64,000 nt of DNA from Octopus vulgaris. Its lineage: Eukaryota. Shown here one piece after another: positions 1-13,838 of this stretch. The notes under the pieces are model-generated. The model ran no database searches, had not been told where the DNA came from, and worked only from the letters and a program-made list of their open reading frames with translations. Position 1 is the first letter of the stretch; each line of letters begins with the position of its first letter. The stretch covers positions 17,422,001 through 17,486,000 of the forward strand of contig OX597823.1 of the NCBI GenBank assembly GCA_951406725.2. The letters run 5' to 3'. A program made the translations under genes and the position numbers.

Positions 1-129
1 TGTGACGCGTTGTGTTCTTGAGCAAAACATCTCATTTCTCGTTGCTGTACTATTATTTCAACACTAGACATATGGCACATGTGCAGCTGTAAACAGAATG
101 AGCTTATGTGCAGTTTATAAGTTCACTCC

Positions 130-1490
130 CTTGCTCTCCATAAAGAAAATTTGATGTCTATAAAACAAAACTATTTACGAAAGTTGTTCATCAAAAAATT
201 GGGGAACCCTCATCTGTCGTCCACGGCAGGAGAGTCCACTCCACGCTACGCTTTTGATGTAATATTTTTTGCCCTCTATGGTTTGGGTATTACATGTCAA
301 GTACCAATTTGCTACCTTCTTGGTGAACTCGTCCATTTTCATATTACTGTTCCGATAGGTTGAAATTACAAATATCCTTGGGGAGAGATCTGCATCAACT
401 CCTATTTCATGCTTCACCTAAAGTTCATTAGCCACCCTAGTAGTGATGGTTTCGCGCTCGCAAACTAGTGCAAGCTAGTTACTGGCTTCTTCCATCCACT
501 GATATCGCTTCAGTGTCACAATACGTGTTTTATATAGCATAATACAGACTACAGGTACCATACTTTAAGGCAGCAAGCTGGCAGAAACGTTAGCATGCTG
601 GGCGAAATGCTTAGCGGTATTTCGTCTTAATCCGTTTGTCTGTCCTTGTTTGTCCCCTCTATGTTTAGCCCCTTGTGGGTAATAAAGAAATAGGTATTTC
701 GTTTGCCGCTACGTTCTGAGTTCAAATTCCGTCGAGGTCGACTTTGCTTTTCATCGGGGTCGATTAAATAAGTACCAGTTACGCACTGGGGTCGATATAA
801 TCGACTTAATCCGTGTGTCTGTCCTCTTTGTGTTTAGCCCCTTGGGGGTAGTAAATAAATAGGTACCATACTTGCGTGGGAAGTGTAGCCTGTCTACATC
901 TCCATTGATGTTGAAGTCTCCAGTTACACAGAGCAGCTTTCAAGTTCATATGTCTATCTTGCTTGAGCTCTTGCTGTGACCAGTTTAGAAGGCCAAATGT
1001 AGCTCTGAAGACTGGCACTACAAATGCGTTGCGGACGATATACTAGTTGTAAGCTGAGAGTTCGGAAGGCTGTATGTTTAACTCCCTTGAGGTATTCATT
1101 TCTTGTCCAATGCGTTTATAGTTATCACAAGAGAGTAAAGGTTATATTTTTAGACATTTCACGTTTAGTGTCTTGCAAGAGAAGGAGACAAGTCACCCAG
1201 GCTTTTATCATTGGGATTCACAACATTTCATTCCGAAAGAATTGTATTTTGAGATCCAGTTGCTTTCCGATGTGGTTAATACTTGGTCTAAACAGCTTCA
1301 AGTTATCAACAGAGAAAATCTGAGAAATGTTACTGGATCAGTTCCTAAAACTGCTGTTTCGTGATCAGATATGATGGGAGGAGGATGTTAAGGAAAGAAC
1401 AACGAGCTGTACTGACAAACTGTTGCCTTGACAGACGCCTTTTTGACAGTGTGGGGTGTCAGATTTGATATGCCCATTGTCACATTTAAG
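130..1490 (-). mobile_element. Decayed R4/Dong-like (RLE-clade) non-LTR retrotransposon, RT-to-thumb fragment, interrupted by a SINE
   Basis: Minus-strand translations give KGVCQGNSLSVQLVVLSL (cf. GIFQGDSLSPLLF), IFSVDNLKLF (cf. LFVDDLKLY) and VPVFRATFGLLNWSQQELK (cf. VPVLTYSFGIINW). Stops and frameshifts throughout; boundaries approximate. Confidence 0.7.
566..860 (+). mobile_element. SINE family C copy with a 13-bp TSD and a nested 5'-truncated copy of the same family
   Basis: Matches copies at 39845 and 63110. TSD aggtaccatactt at 553-565 and 861-873. Internal insert 626-692 is the family 3' tail, flanked by ggtatttcgt at 616-625 and 693-702. Confidence 0.85.
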
Positions 1491-1503
1491 AAGTAGAGAA
1501 ATG

Positions 1504-1571
<68 letters not shown>

Positions 1572-1599
1572 TGGATGCACACGCATGCATGTTTGTGTG

Positions 1600-1634
<35 letters not shown>

Positions 1635-1810
1635 GCATGTATGAAAACGTGTATGTATATCCGATATATTTTTCAAGTGTCTGAAACAAACCTACACTGC
1701 AATTTACATAAATATATGCTTTTTTCTTATTTTTCTATGAAATGTCTGTAAGCTTCGAAGTATGTGTGCTGCTGTGTGTTTGGGCGCAATTATGTGCATT
1801 TGTGTATATT

Positions 1811-2606
1811 CACATACATACATACATACATACATACATACATACATACATACATACATACATACATACATACATACATACATACATACATACATACATA
1901 CATACATACATACATACAAACATACATACATTCATACATACATACATACATACATACATACATACATACATACATACATACATACATTCATACATACATA
2001 CATACATACATACATACATACATACATACATACATACATACATACATAAATACATACATACATACATACATACATACATACATACATACATACATACATA
2101 CATACATACATACATACATACATACATACATACATACATTACATACATACATTCATACATACATACATACATACATTCATACATACATACATACATACAT
2201 ACATACATACATACATACATACATACATACATACATACATACATACATACATACATACATACATACATACATACATACATACATACATACATACAAACAT
2301 ACATACATTCATACATACATATATACATACATACTTACATACATACATACATTCATACATCCATATATACATACATACTTACATACATGCATACATACGT
2401 ACATACATACATACATACATACATACATACATACATACATACATACATTCATACATACATTCATATATACATACATACATACATTCATACATACATACAT
2501 ACATACATACATACATACATACATACATACATACATACATACATACATACATACATACATACATACATACAAACATACATTCATACATCCATATATACAT
2601 ACATAC

Positions 2607-2637
<31 letters not shown>

Positions 2638-3312
2638 CATACAAACATACATACATACATACAAACATACATACATTCATACATACATATATACATACAT
2701 ACTTACATACATACATTCATACATACATACATTCATACATACATACATACATACATACATTCATACATACATAGATACATACATACATACAAACATACAT
2801 ACATACATACATACATGCATACATACATACATACGTACAAACATACATACATTCATACATACATATATACATACATACATACATACATACATACAAACAT
2901 ACATACATACATACAAACATACATACATTCATACATACATACATACATTCATTCATAAATACATACACACAAACATACATACATACATACACACATACAT
3001 ACATACATACATACATACATAACATACATACATACATACAAACATACATACATACATACATACATACATACATACATACATACATACATACGTACAAACA
3101 TACATACATTCATACATACATATATACATACATACATACATACATACAAACATACATACATACATACAAACATACATACATTCATACATACATACATACA
3201 TTCATTCATAAATACATACATACAAACATACATACATACATACATACATACATACATACATACATACATACATACATACATACATACATACATAACATAC
3301 ATACATACATAC
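1811..3312. repeat. (TACA)n microsatellite with variant units and internal block duplications
   Basis: Direct reading; explains the YIHT/MYVC pseudo-ORFs. Confidence 0.97.
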
Positions 3313-3439
3313 AATTCAAAACATAGAATGTATACATACTGTTCAGTCAAAGTTATAATACAACATTCATTCAATGTAAAGAAGTGAGCACAATAAATAC
3401 ATACATACGTACGTACAAATGTATACATATACAGTCTCG

Positions 3440-3492
<53 letters not shown>

Positions 3493-3918
3493 CACGCACA
3501 CTCACAGATTTAAAACACTCACACATATGTGGACACATACATACTCTCACAGTGTTATATAAATTTGGTGACATGGCATATTCGCCATTGCTATGAAACC
3601 TGAATAAAGTATTGTTCCTATAAGATGTGCCAGATTTGATAACATAACAGACAGATGACAGCAAAAGGTTAACTTAGTTTCAGAAATATATTTATTTACT
3701 CAATTTTGTGTACATTGTATTCATGTTGTGTTCTGTTTCAAGAAAACGTATTTTCTGAACAATAACGTCATTTGTCATGTTTCTAACTGGTCAATTACGG
3801 ATTGACTACATTTACCATGGCGAATGTGACCCTGAGTAACGAAGAATTATTGTCATACCACGACGTATATCCATCCATCTATCCATCTATTCATGTATAC
3901 ACACACGTATATCAATAT

Positions 3919-4229
3919 CACGGTGATCACCGTGACCGACCAGGCTATCAGATGTTGTTACACATCGCTGGTCACAATGCGTTTCGCATTGTTTCAGCCT
4001 TCAAATGACGCCACCCCGCTGGCTAAGCGAGCAGGCCAACAGAAGAAAGAATGAGAGAAAGTTGAGGCGAAATAGTGCAGCAGGGATCGCCACCACCCCC
4101 TGCCGGAGCCTCGTGGAGCTTTAGGTGCTTTTTAGCTCAATAAACACTCACAACGCCCGGTCTGGGAATCGAAACCGCGATCCTACGACCGCGAGTCCGC
4201 TGCCCTAACCACTGGGCCATTGCGCCTCC
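3919..4229 (-). mobile_element. SINE family B (tRNA-like head) with an alternative 3' tail
   Basis: Head tggaggcgcaatggcccagtggttagggcagcggactcgcgg shared with the 13455 copy; TSD atatcaatat at 3909-3918 and 4230-4239. Confidence 0.85.
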
Positions 4230-4939
4230 ATATCAATATACAATCACACATACACTTCTATACACATATATACATACGCACAATACAAACACACATATAT
4301 AAAGAAAAGTCTTTTGACTGAGCATTTCGCGGTAACACACACACACGTTGCGCGCGCATGTACATATACACAGACATATGGCAGATTCCGCGCATTTTCA
4401 ATCTCCTAGATTCCACTCATAACGCATTGTTCTTGTCTGAAAGACAAAAGAGTGGGACTTAATCTGCACAAACCATGTCCACTATAATCATATTTATCAT
4501 GCAGGTTATTCAGAAAACACCAACATCAATACCAACACATTTTCTTTCTCAGTCGGGAGGCGATAGGGAAGTGGGAGACAGAGACTGGTAGAGGACGCTA
4601 CTGGAAGTCTTCAGCTTTGGTCCTGCACACAGACGGCAATAGGTTCATAGTAGTTTACCACAGACCTCTATCACTGTACAGCTGTGTCTTACTAAACCCT
4701 CATTCGTCGAATCCATGCCAGCATCCAACAACAGCATATATATGGATGTCATTATTCAGTTTTATTTCAAGATTTCTTGCCAATAGAGAAAGAGTCGGTT
4801 TGTATCTTAGATCCAAGTTTCCTTCATTGGAATTTCAACAACATCAACAGGATATTTTTTCATGTATGTATGTACATGTGCAGTATTTGAAGTCAGTGCA
4901 AGTCCAGATTTGTATGTTTTGTATTATGTATGTATTTTC

Positions 4940-4984
<45 letters not shown>

Positions 4985-4986
<2 letters not shown>

Positions 4987-5122
4987 GGAGTAAACACATA
5001 AATGTGAAACAAGGTAGAAAAGAGAGTACTCAAATACCAGTGGTAGAGTAATATGCTTTATTTAAAGCAGCAGAAAATTCAACAAAACCTGTTACTCTGA
5101 GTTTCCCGTTGCCGTTCATCGG
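4985..5122 (-). mobile_element. (TA)n-abutting Penelope-type terminal fragment with a degenerate minimal hammerhead
   Basis: Minus strand 5122-5088 reads CCGATGA-acggcaacgg-GAAA-ctcaga-GTA-acagg: one core mismatch, near-palindromic stem III, 5' arm of stem I missing. Confidence 0.5.
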
Positions 5123-5259
5123 GAAGCAAAACATGCGAAAATGTTTATATTATTTTTAATTACACTATTTTGCATACGGCTAATTATAAAATAAGGCGAC
5201 CATTGGTTACATAATGCAAATTACATAATTAACTCATACTGTCAAATCGTCAGATGTAT

Positions 5260-5295
<36 letters not shown>

Positions 5296-5497
5296 GGATT
5301 GACAATTGATCGGTAACCACTACACATATTTTTTCTCTCCTTGTTTCTCTCCTTGTTTCTTTCTGTGTTCCTTTCGGTAGAAGAGCGTAGGCTCGAAACG
5401 TTAAAGACTTTTTCAATTCCCGAGCGTTATACTAATGTATCTGTTTATTTTCTACACCACCTGTCTTCGTCTTTTGTTTTTTTCGTGAATTCTCCCC

Positions 5498-5500
<3 letters not shown>
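5296..5500 (+). mobile_element. Short (TA)n-flanked dispersed repeat with a hammerhead-like relic; other copies at ~21230-21410 (-), ~34691-34862 (-), ~37557-37620 (-, partial), related copy at ~29220-29440 (+)
   Basis: Shared motifs agaagagcgtaggctcgaaacg and cctgtcttcgtcttttgttttttcgt; copies adjoin TA-rich microsatellites. Confidence 0.7.
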
Positions 5501-5567
<67 letters not shown>

Positions 5568-8168
5568 AATAGAGAGATAGAGAAAAAGAGAGAGAGAGAC
5601 TACCTGCTATACGTAATATTATTATGTTGAAAAGGTGATAGCATTCATTTTTGTGGAAATGACGCTCAGCAGTCGGGTTGCAGTTGAATTATTTTGAGTA
5701 TGAATTCCTTTAATGTGCCTACATATGGACAAGAACTCGGCTTTTTTATTTAAAATATTTTGTGGCGGGATTTGCTATACTTTTCTGCGAAATATGAATG
5801 AACCTGAATAGAGAATTTTAGTTTCAACTTTCTTTAGCTTCTAAAAATGTTAATTCTACTATGCTTTGCTTTACAGTTGTTTTGAGGCACGGGGGTAAAG
5901 TCTCTGGATCTAAAAGATTGCGGGTTAGTTGTGTGTGTCTAATTTTAAATGTATTTCCATTTAATATGTATAGTTTCTCTCGTATGCATTGTATGCTTCT
6001 GCACACCTTTGTGTGACGTTTATCATCAAGTGGGTAGGACGTGGTTCCGATATAATCGCATTCCTGTTGCTGGATGGGTTGTTTTTATCTGTATGTGTTT
6101 GGTTTTAGTTGGATGTTTGGAGATTTTAGATAAGATACCACCTTAGCAAATGTAACCTATCTAAACCTTGTTCTGATATTCATGAGTTACAAGGGAAATA
6201 TTTTCTTATGAGTGACAGGAAATTACCAGCTGCGTTGGATAATACGCCCATACTATAGGGGCCGGCATAAACCTGATGATGCTTCATTTCCTAGCTCTAC
6301 TATTTTTATAAAACAAAAACATCGTGGGCATTGCTTGTTCTCCCTCTCGCTAACTTATGAAAATCATACACATCTTTATCCACTTCTCATAGTTTATTTT
6401 GTTAAAGAATATTTATCACGAAGACTGCTTCTTCTGTCATGTTTCTTTCAACACCTCTCATAATAATTAGTGTACGCACAGCAATGATACATTCCTTTCA
6501 CGTCTGGTTTCTCACAGTTTATACTGGGTCCTTATGATGTTGTTTATCGTTCTGTTATGATTGTTTTCACAGTAGCTTATGATTAGAATTATAAACAACA
6601 TCGTCATCTTTATTAGCAACAATATCAACAGTCACAGAACAGAACAGAAATATTAAATGTATGCACGTTCTTAGACACAGTCTGCTCATTTTGAATGGAT
6701 CTCTTACGCGTTGATAACATTCTTTGCGTAAAGATACGTTGTTTTGTGCTTTCTTTCGTGAAGGAATGTTCAATGGTATTGCCTTCACAAATTCAAAGTT
6801 ACGTCTATTTACGACCCTTTATAAGATTGTAAATTTTTGTTCTTTGTATCAACAATTACTCTTTATGGACAAGAAAAGAACAACTAAGCAGTTATTCGAA
6901 CTGATACAAATAATAGGGAATTCTTCCTGAAATCACATTCTTCAGTCGTACGAGTGTGTCTCAATGCGGTGTTTTGAGAGGCTGCTAAGACAATCGAATC
7001 TCTCTCAAATTACGTCCACCTAAAAAACGAAAAGAAGAAAAAAACTACTCTAGGATAGGAGTATAAAAACTACGCCTCATTACCAAGCTATGCTGAACCA
7101 GTGTAGCAGTGTAAGCTCATCTCAAGCTCAAATTCACGGCATCCATATCAGACCGTGGTTCGTGGACAGAAAATGCTGAGGTCTTCGTCTTGAAATGGAC
7201 TGAGCGTGGGCAATCCAGTCCGATCCATACCGTTTCAAAGCATGATGTGCTTACATTTGGCAAGGTTTTCCCGAGGAAACTTCTGTTCGCAATATTCATG
7301 GATAACCAGTGGTACTAGCCAAGAGGTGAAAGCAGAAAATGTGAACCCAAAGTTTTCAACAGACAACTCTACTAAAGATACCCAAGTGTTAGGTGGAAGA
7401 GTTGAAATAGTCGGGATGTCATATACAAACACACACACACGCATGCACACACACACATACATAAACACAAACAAACGTACATACATACACACAAGTCTAT
7501 GTAGTGTTAATTTCGTCTACTCAGTATTCTCACATTAGTCATATTAGCGTTTGGAATTAGCAATCCATTATGCGTTTATCTTTCCATTATCTCTCAGTCT
7601 CTTTTCACTCCTCTTCTCGTAAGTATCATTATTGTCTCGCCCGTTACATCTCTTTTATCTGTTTCTCTCCTTTTTTCTTTCTCCTCCATTTCGTTCTGTC
7701 ATTTCTTCATACTTTTTCTCTTTTAATTCTACCACCCCACCTTGAAATTGCTTCTCTCATCTTCATTACTTTCTCTGTTACATCTTTGTGTTGTATGTGT
7801 GATGTTGGTGTTGCTTTGCCCCAGGTTAGCCCTGGGGCTAACCTGTTGATCTCAAGCGCTTCAGCTGAGCCGTCTCATCATTTAGTATATAATGATGCTA
7901 GAGTTCAAAGGATCCTTGATTTTTTTTAAGAGAACAGGGACGTGACTGAGAAAAATTTGGTTACGAGTTTTAGCAGGTCGAGCGATTGAATAAAAGCTCT
8001 ATTGCTGGCACCTTTAGTATGCGTACCTTTAATCAAAGGTGTATGAGTAGGTGTGTGGATGTATATGCATAAAGTGTTTGGTTCGAGAGCGTTTGTATGT
8101 GTTTGGTGAGTAAGGTGAGTAAATAAGTATGTGTTAGTGAATAAATGTGTGAGTATGTGAATGAGAGA

Positions 8169-8220
<52 letters not shown>

Positions 8221-8830
8221 GTGTGTGCGTGCGTGTTCGAGTGTATGAAAGCATAATTGAGTGAGTGAGCAAATAAATGTGAAAGTAAGGGTGTGAGTCA
8301 ATCAGTGAGTGAGAGAATGTCTGAGTGTTGGTGTAGGTGAGTGAAATGGCAAATGGCGGAGTGTGCTTGGTTGGCTATGGGCTGTGAAATAATCTTATGA
8401 AATTAGTTGAATCGTTTATAATTAGATAGAAAGATCTATTGAAGACTATTTGTGCAAATAGGTGCAAGAAATTATGTTTATTCAGCCGTGATACCTATTA
8501 TTTAGCATCGGTAGTTTTAAAATGTGCAATCGGTCACGCGTGACTAATCTTCTTACCTTCCTGAAGGAGAGTCCATTCGAAACAGCTTCCAGCAACAACA
8601 ATTATAACAAGAACAACAACACGAAAGAAAAACAACAGAAGAGATATGAAACAAACAGGAAAAAGAACGTACACCCGGCAAAATCTTCACAACATGAACA
8701 ACAGCAAGAACAATAACACTCAGCTTACAATCTGCCCCAAAATCTAACTAAAATCACACTTCACTCTCTTAAGCTTTCAAAGTTACATAAAGTTGTGTAA
8801 TTATAGACATACTGTTCCCGAAACAAAAAA

Positions 8831-9623
8831 TCTTTATATATAAAAGTGAGGTTGTGTGCTGTCTGTCTCCTACGATTTAGATTCCTAACTACTCCCACAT
8901 TTTGCGGTGCAGTTTAACCAAAACCGGGTATCTTATAGTCGTGATTCATATCGAGCCCTTCAGGGTATTAGCGCGCGTCTACGATGAGTCTACGATTAAA
9001 AAAAAAAAGATTACCATCAATTTTTCCCATTTTTAATGCATTTTTTCGCTATTAAATAAGGGAAGTAACTCTCTAAAAATGTCTACGATGAGTCAACGAT
9101 TAAAAAAAAATTTACCATAATTTGTTTTCCATTTTTAATGCATTTTTTTTTTGCTATTTTTTGGCTATAACTCTCTAAAAATGCTTATATAGTTATTTCC
9201 CTTACAAACCCGAGCAACGCCGGGCGATACTGCTAGTTATATATGAAAGTGAAGTTGTGTGTCTGTCTCCTACGATTTAGATTCCTAACTACTCCCACAT
9301 TTTGCGGTGCAGTTTAACCAAAACCGGGTATCTTATAGTCGTGATTCATATCGAGCCTTTCTGGGTATTAGCGCGCGTCTACGATGAGTCTACGATTTAA
9401 AAAAAATTACCATCAATTTTTCCCATTTTTAATTCATTTTTGGCATATATAAGGGAAGTAACTCTCTAAAAATTTATTATTAAATCTCAGAACGTAAAAA
9501 GCTACAGTAACACCCCCCTTTGTGGTTAGCCATATTGAGATGGCTATTATACTTTACATCTCTAAAAATGCTTATATAGTTATTTCCCTTACAAACCCGA
9601 GCAACGCCGGGCGATACTGCTAG
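8831..9623 (+). mobile_element. Non-autonomous Helitron, head-to-tail dimer (8831-9236, 9237-9623)
   Basis: 5' TC after A, 3' CTAG before T, subterminal hairpin cccgagcaacgccggg in both units, no TSD. Confidence 0.85.
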
Positions 9624-10044
9624 TATTAAATAAAAATTATTATTGTGGCTAAAACATATGTTTCTTGTAGCGTTCAAATTTCTGATTCAAACCCTGTTGT
9701 GGATTAAACGTTGCCAGCCCAGACCATTAACAGTTTTCATGGGTCCAGGATTTTAGTTGAGATAGTCGATACCTTTCACTTGCAATAACATTTTTCTTCA
9801 ATCTTTTCTTAATAGTGGAAGCCTTGAATGAAATCCTATGCACTCGCTCTCCTACAAAAAAGTATGTCAGCGTCTACCTGTTAATTTTTAGATGTGTGTA
9901 TTGTGTGCGGTTAAATTTTGGCATTGTATCAATACATAAGTATGGCTTCCGTAATTAATGTTCTCTTTTTATTGGGGTATTTTATAGACTATGCAAGTAT
10001 GTTTCTCTCGTGCATTCTTACCTAGTTTTGTTTTGTGATATTTG

Positions 10045-10469
10045 CAGAGCCAGATTAATAACCATCGAGGCCCTAAGCACTTAAAAGAGTTTAGTGCCCC
10101 CATAAAAGATTATGTAATTCAAAATATAAACAATAACAAATCATAAAATAATTTTTTATTTTTCAAAATGAAACAAAACGGTATGAAGGAAAAAATGCTT
10201 ATTTTTGTATAGTTCCACTTAATTTATATTTGAAAAGTTTCCTCCACCTTTTTTGAATTGCAAAGTCTTTGATCAGATCCTCAAAATTAACCTTGAGTAA
10301 CACATCTGCATCTATACTTGGTAGAAATAAAGGCATCTTGAATATTATTTTAGCAAGTTTAAAGTGATTTATTTTGTGCCGTGAACCATTTACCATTTCT
10401 GTGGTTCCCCATCCTTCCCTTGATGCCCTAAACACGTGCTTATTTAGCTTAATGGTTAATCCAGCGCTG
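10045..10469 (-). mobile_element. hAT-derived non-autonomous element
   Basis: Imperfect TIRs (cagagccagattaa / ttaatccagcgctg); degenerate 8-bp TSD gatatttg/ggtgtttg; minus-strand SIDADVLLKVNFEDLIKDFAIQKRWRKLF resembles a hAT transposase C-terminus. Confidence 0.7.
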
Positions 10470-10939
10470 GGTGTTTGGTATAATGTTTTGCAATAGTTCC
10501 ATGTTGTAAGTGCGTAAGGAGCCTGAGAAGTAGTATATTATACTAGTATGTCCTGTGTTACAATTAGAGTCTTGAAGTTTACAACTTTCAGCTTTACAGT
10601 CCAATTTCTAGTTTTCATTAGTCATTCATAGTTTGTTCTCTTGCTAACATGCTTGTGATTATTAATAAGGAGGTTTCGTTTCTGTTACTAGTTTAACTTG
10701 ATGGAATTTGTGTTCTCTGCTACCAGAGCTTTCATTATGCGTTCATCTTCTTGATATTAGAATGATGTAGAATCAATAAGCATCATTCTATGGATTTGTT
10801 ATTATTACACCATGAATAAAGGGGCGAGCTGCCAGAATCGTTAGAGCAAGGGTTCTCAACCATTTTTTTTTATCTGTGGACCCATTTGATTATTTTATTC
10901 TGGTGGACACCTGTAGTCATTCGATACTCTTTTATTCTT

Positions 10940-11006
10940 TTAAGCAACGTCGAGCCTAGTTAGTACTTAGATGGGTGACCGCTTGGGAAACCTAGGTGCT
11001 GTAAGC
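10940..11006 (+). pseudogene. 5S rRNA pseudogene (3' half)
   Basis: ttaagcaacgtcgagcctagttagtacttagatgggtgaccgcttgggaaacctaggtgctgtaagc matches the 3' half of metazoan 5S rRNA including box C; 5' half absent. Confidence 0.85.
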
Positions 11007-11017
11007 GTCACACATTA

Positions 11018-11223
11018 TAGCCGCAGGAGTGGCTGTGTGGTAAGTAGCCTGCTTACCAACCACAAGGTTCCGAGTTCAGTCCCACTGCGTGACACCTTGG
11101 GCAAGTGTCTTCTACTATAGCCTCAGGCCGACCAAAGCCTTGTGAGTGGATTTGGTAGACGGAAACTGAAAGAAGCTCGTCGTATATATATATATATATA
11201 CATACACACACACACACACACAT

Positions 11224-11257
<34 letters not shown>

Positions 11258-11482
11258 GTATATATGTGTGTGTGTTTGTGAGTCTGTGTTTGTCCCCCCA
11301 ACATCGCTTGACAACTGATGCTGGTGTGTTTACGTCCCTGTAACTTAGCGGTTCGGCAAAAGAGACCGATAGAATAAGTATTAGGCTTACAAAGAATAAG
11401 TCCTGGGGTCGATTTGCTCGACTAAAGGCGGTGCTCCAGCATGGCCGCAGTCAAATGACTGAAACAAGTAAAAAAAAAAAAA
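11018..11482 (+). mobile_element. SINE family A (tRNA-like head, CORE-like accttgggcaagt motif, internal microsatellite)
   Basis: Closely similar to copies at 12244, 27472 and 49720; A-rich end. Confidence 0.85.
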
Positions 11483-11519
11483 ACAATGAGTTGTCACTTT
11501 CGATATATATTTTTCATTG

Positions 11520-11910
11520 TTTGTCCATGAGACTGAAAGAATCTGGTTTCCAAACCAAAACCCTCACCATGGAACTGGATGCAAGAGGGTTTGGGCGAAA
11601 ATCTATCTATGGTCTCATGAGTCGGCTCTCAATTTCTGGGAGAAAAAGAAGCAGAACTTTTGAAGCAATGCCTGAAGCAACTGAGAAGAATTCCAACTGG
11701 ATCTGGTCTAGGAGGAATGGAAATGCATCTCAGAAAAAGATTTACTCTATAGTCAACTGATGACTTCGATTGAACTGATTGTAACACTCGCGATACCTTG
11801 GCCAGGAGGATTGGAATACAGATAGCAGTTTTGGCAAAGTGCGGCCCATCCGAGCCTCCTTAGAGTGCAATGAGTTAAGGACCGAAATCCTTGCATGAGG
11901 GGCGTTTTCT
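11520..11910 (+). mobile_element. 3' end fragment of an RLE-type LINE (HERO/NeSL-like C-terminus plus 3' UTR)
   Basis: GFQTKTLTMELDARGF...EATEKNSNWIWSRR resembles the VEVGCRGF...AAEKASRWLW C-terminal motif (recalled, not searched). Confidence 0.5.
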
Positions 11911-12243
11911 CTCTAAAGACCTGTTGTTTAGCTATCTCTAGGGTTTCTTAGTACCTCATTATTTTTGCCATGTTTTTCTTTCATATAGCAGAATTCCGGA
12001 CGATTTGATGGTCAAGTTTTCGCATAATGAGAATGGAAGAGCTGTACTTTGTTATTTGTTAATTTTTAGCAAGCGTTCGGTACCTGTAATGAGTAGTCTA
12101 TTATTAGGGGTATTGGGAGAGGTAGACTACTGTAAACTTGATACTTTACTGGATGGAGTATCATAACAACAACAACAATTACAATAACAATAATTGTAGA
12201 GAACGTTTTGTGTTTGTTTTCAATTTTTTTTGAAAAAATTTCC

Positions 12244-12665
12244 ATAGGCGTAGGAGTTGCTGTGTGGTAAGTTGCTTGCTTACGAGCCACATGGTTCCAG
12301 GTTCAGTCCCACTGCGTGGCACCTTGGGCAAGTGCCTTCTCCTATAGCTTCGGGCCGACCAAAGCCTTGTGAGTGGATTTGGTAGGCGGAAACTGAAAGA
12401 AGCCCGACGTATATATGTATATATATATATATGCGTGTGTATATGTTTGCGTGTCTGTGTTTGTCCCCCCAACATCGCTTGACAACCAGTGCTGATGTGT
12501 TTACGTTCCCGTAACTTAGTGGTTCGGTAAAAGGAGCCCGATAGAATAAGTACTAGGTTTACAAAGAATATGTCCTGGGGTCGATTTGCTCGACTAAAGG
12601 CGGTGTTCCAGCATGGCCACAGTCAAATGACTGAAACAAGTAAAAGAATAAAAGAAAAGAAAGAA
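12244..12665 (+). mobile_element. SINE family A
   Basis: Full-length match to the other family A copies. Confidence 0.85.
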
Positions 12666-13345
12666 TTTTTCGAACCATATTTCTTTTTTTTTTTAGTCAG
12701 AAAAGGAGAACAACACACATAACTCCTTTCAGGGACCCCGTGACTGATGGTAGGAAGGAAAGAAGTTGTTCCCAATCCAAAGACCTGACTTGAATGCTTA
12801 CAATATAGTGAAATCTGCTAAAGGGATCCAAAGGCCAAGTGACGATGTTAAATCAGGCGTCAGGTTACATCGACTGCATAAAGGTACACAGATACCACAA
12901 AACACTCAAGTCTTTTATGTGTGTATACGACAATCGCATTTATTAACTATCCTGACATCGCAAGATCTTTATTAAGCGTGAAGTGTGAAGAACTGATCTT
13001 TTGTGTCACGACACAACGTCACTAACTAACCGTAAATTACTTAACCTCTTTTTATTCTTTTTAGATAATGGTTGGAAATGTCTGAAGAAAGGAAAAAAAA
13101 TAAAAGTATAATTTCAATTGAAAGAAACATAAAGGATACCTTAGGCGAGACGAGACCTAAATAGATTTGAGACACATACATAGACACACGTGTTGATATG
13201 TGTGTATGTGTGTGTGCGTGTGTGTGTGTGTGTTTCTGTGTGTACATGCACATACAGAAACACACACATACACACACCTACACACAAGCACTCATATATA
13301 CACTTATATGAATACAAAAATCGAAACACACATAGACAAGCACTA

Positions 13346-13392
<47 letters not shown>

Positions 13393-13454
13393 TATACGTA
13401 TATATGTGTGCATACATGTACATATGTGTGCATACATGTATATATGTGTGTGTG

Positions 13455-13838
13455 TGGAGGCGCAATGGCCCAGTGGTTAGGGCAGCGGACTCGCGGTCGT
13501 AGGATCGCGGTTTCGATTCCCAGACCGGGCGTTGTGAGTGTTTATTGAGCAAAAACACCTAAAGCTCCACGAGGCTCCGACAGGGGATGGTGGTGATCCC
13601 TGCTGTACTCTTTCACCACAACTTTCTCTCACTCTTACTTCCTGTTTCTGTTGTACCTGTATTTCAAAGGGCCGGCCTTGTCACTCTCTGTGTCATGCTG
13701 AATATCCCCGAGAACTACGTTAAGGGTACACGTGTCTGTGGAGTGCTCAGCCACTTACACGTTAATTTCACGAACAGGCTGTTCCGTTGATTCGGATCAA
13801 CTGGAACCCTCGTCGTCGTAACCGACGGAGTGCTTCCA
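13455..13838 (+). mobile_element. SINE family B, full length
   Basis: tRNA-like A/B boxes (tggcccagtgg, ggtttcgattcc); reverse complement of 40660-41039. Confidence 0.88.

Noticed and set aside
1742-3022. 426-aa YIHT-repeat ORF and similar MYVC/IYLS/HT ORFs
   Set aside because: Translations of stop-free microsatellites.
5650-6170. Possible PLE N-terminal coding relic on the minus strand
   Set aside because: Too decayed to assign without a profile search.
13455-13530. Functional tRNA genes at SINE heads
   Set aside because: Heads run into SINE bodies and lack a complete cloverleaf and terminator.
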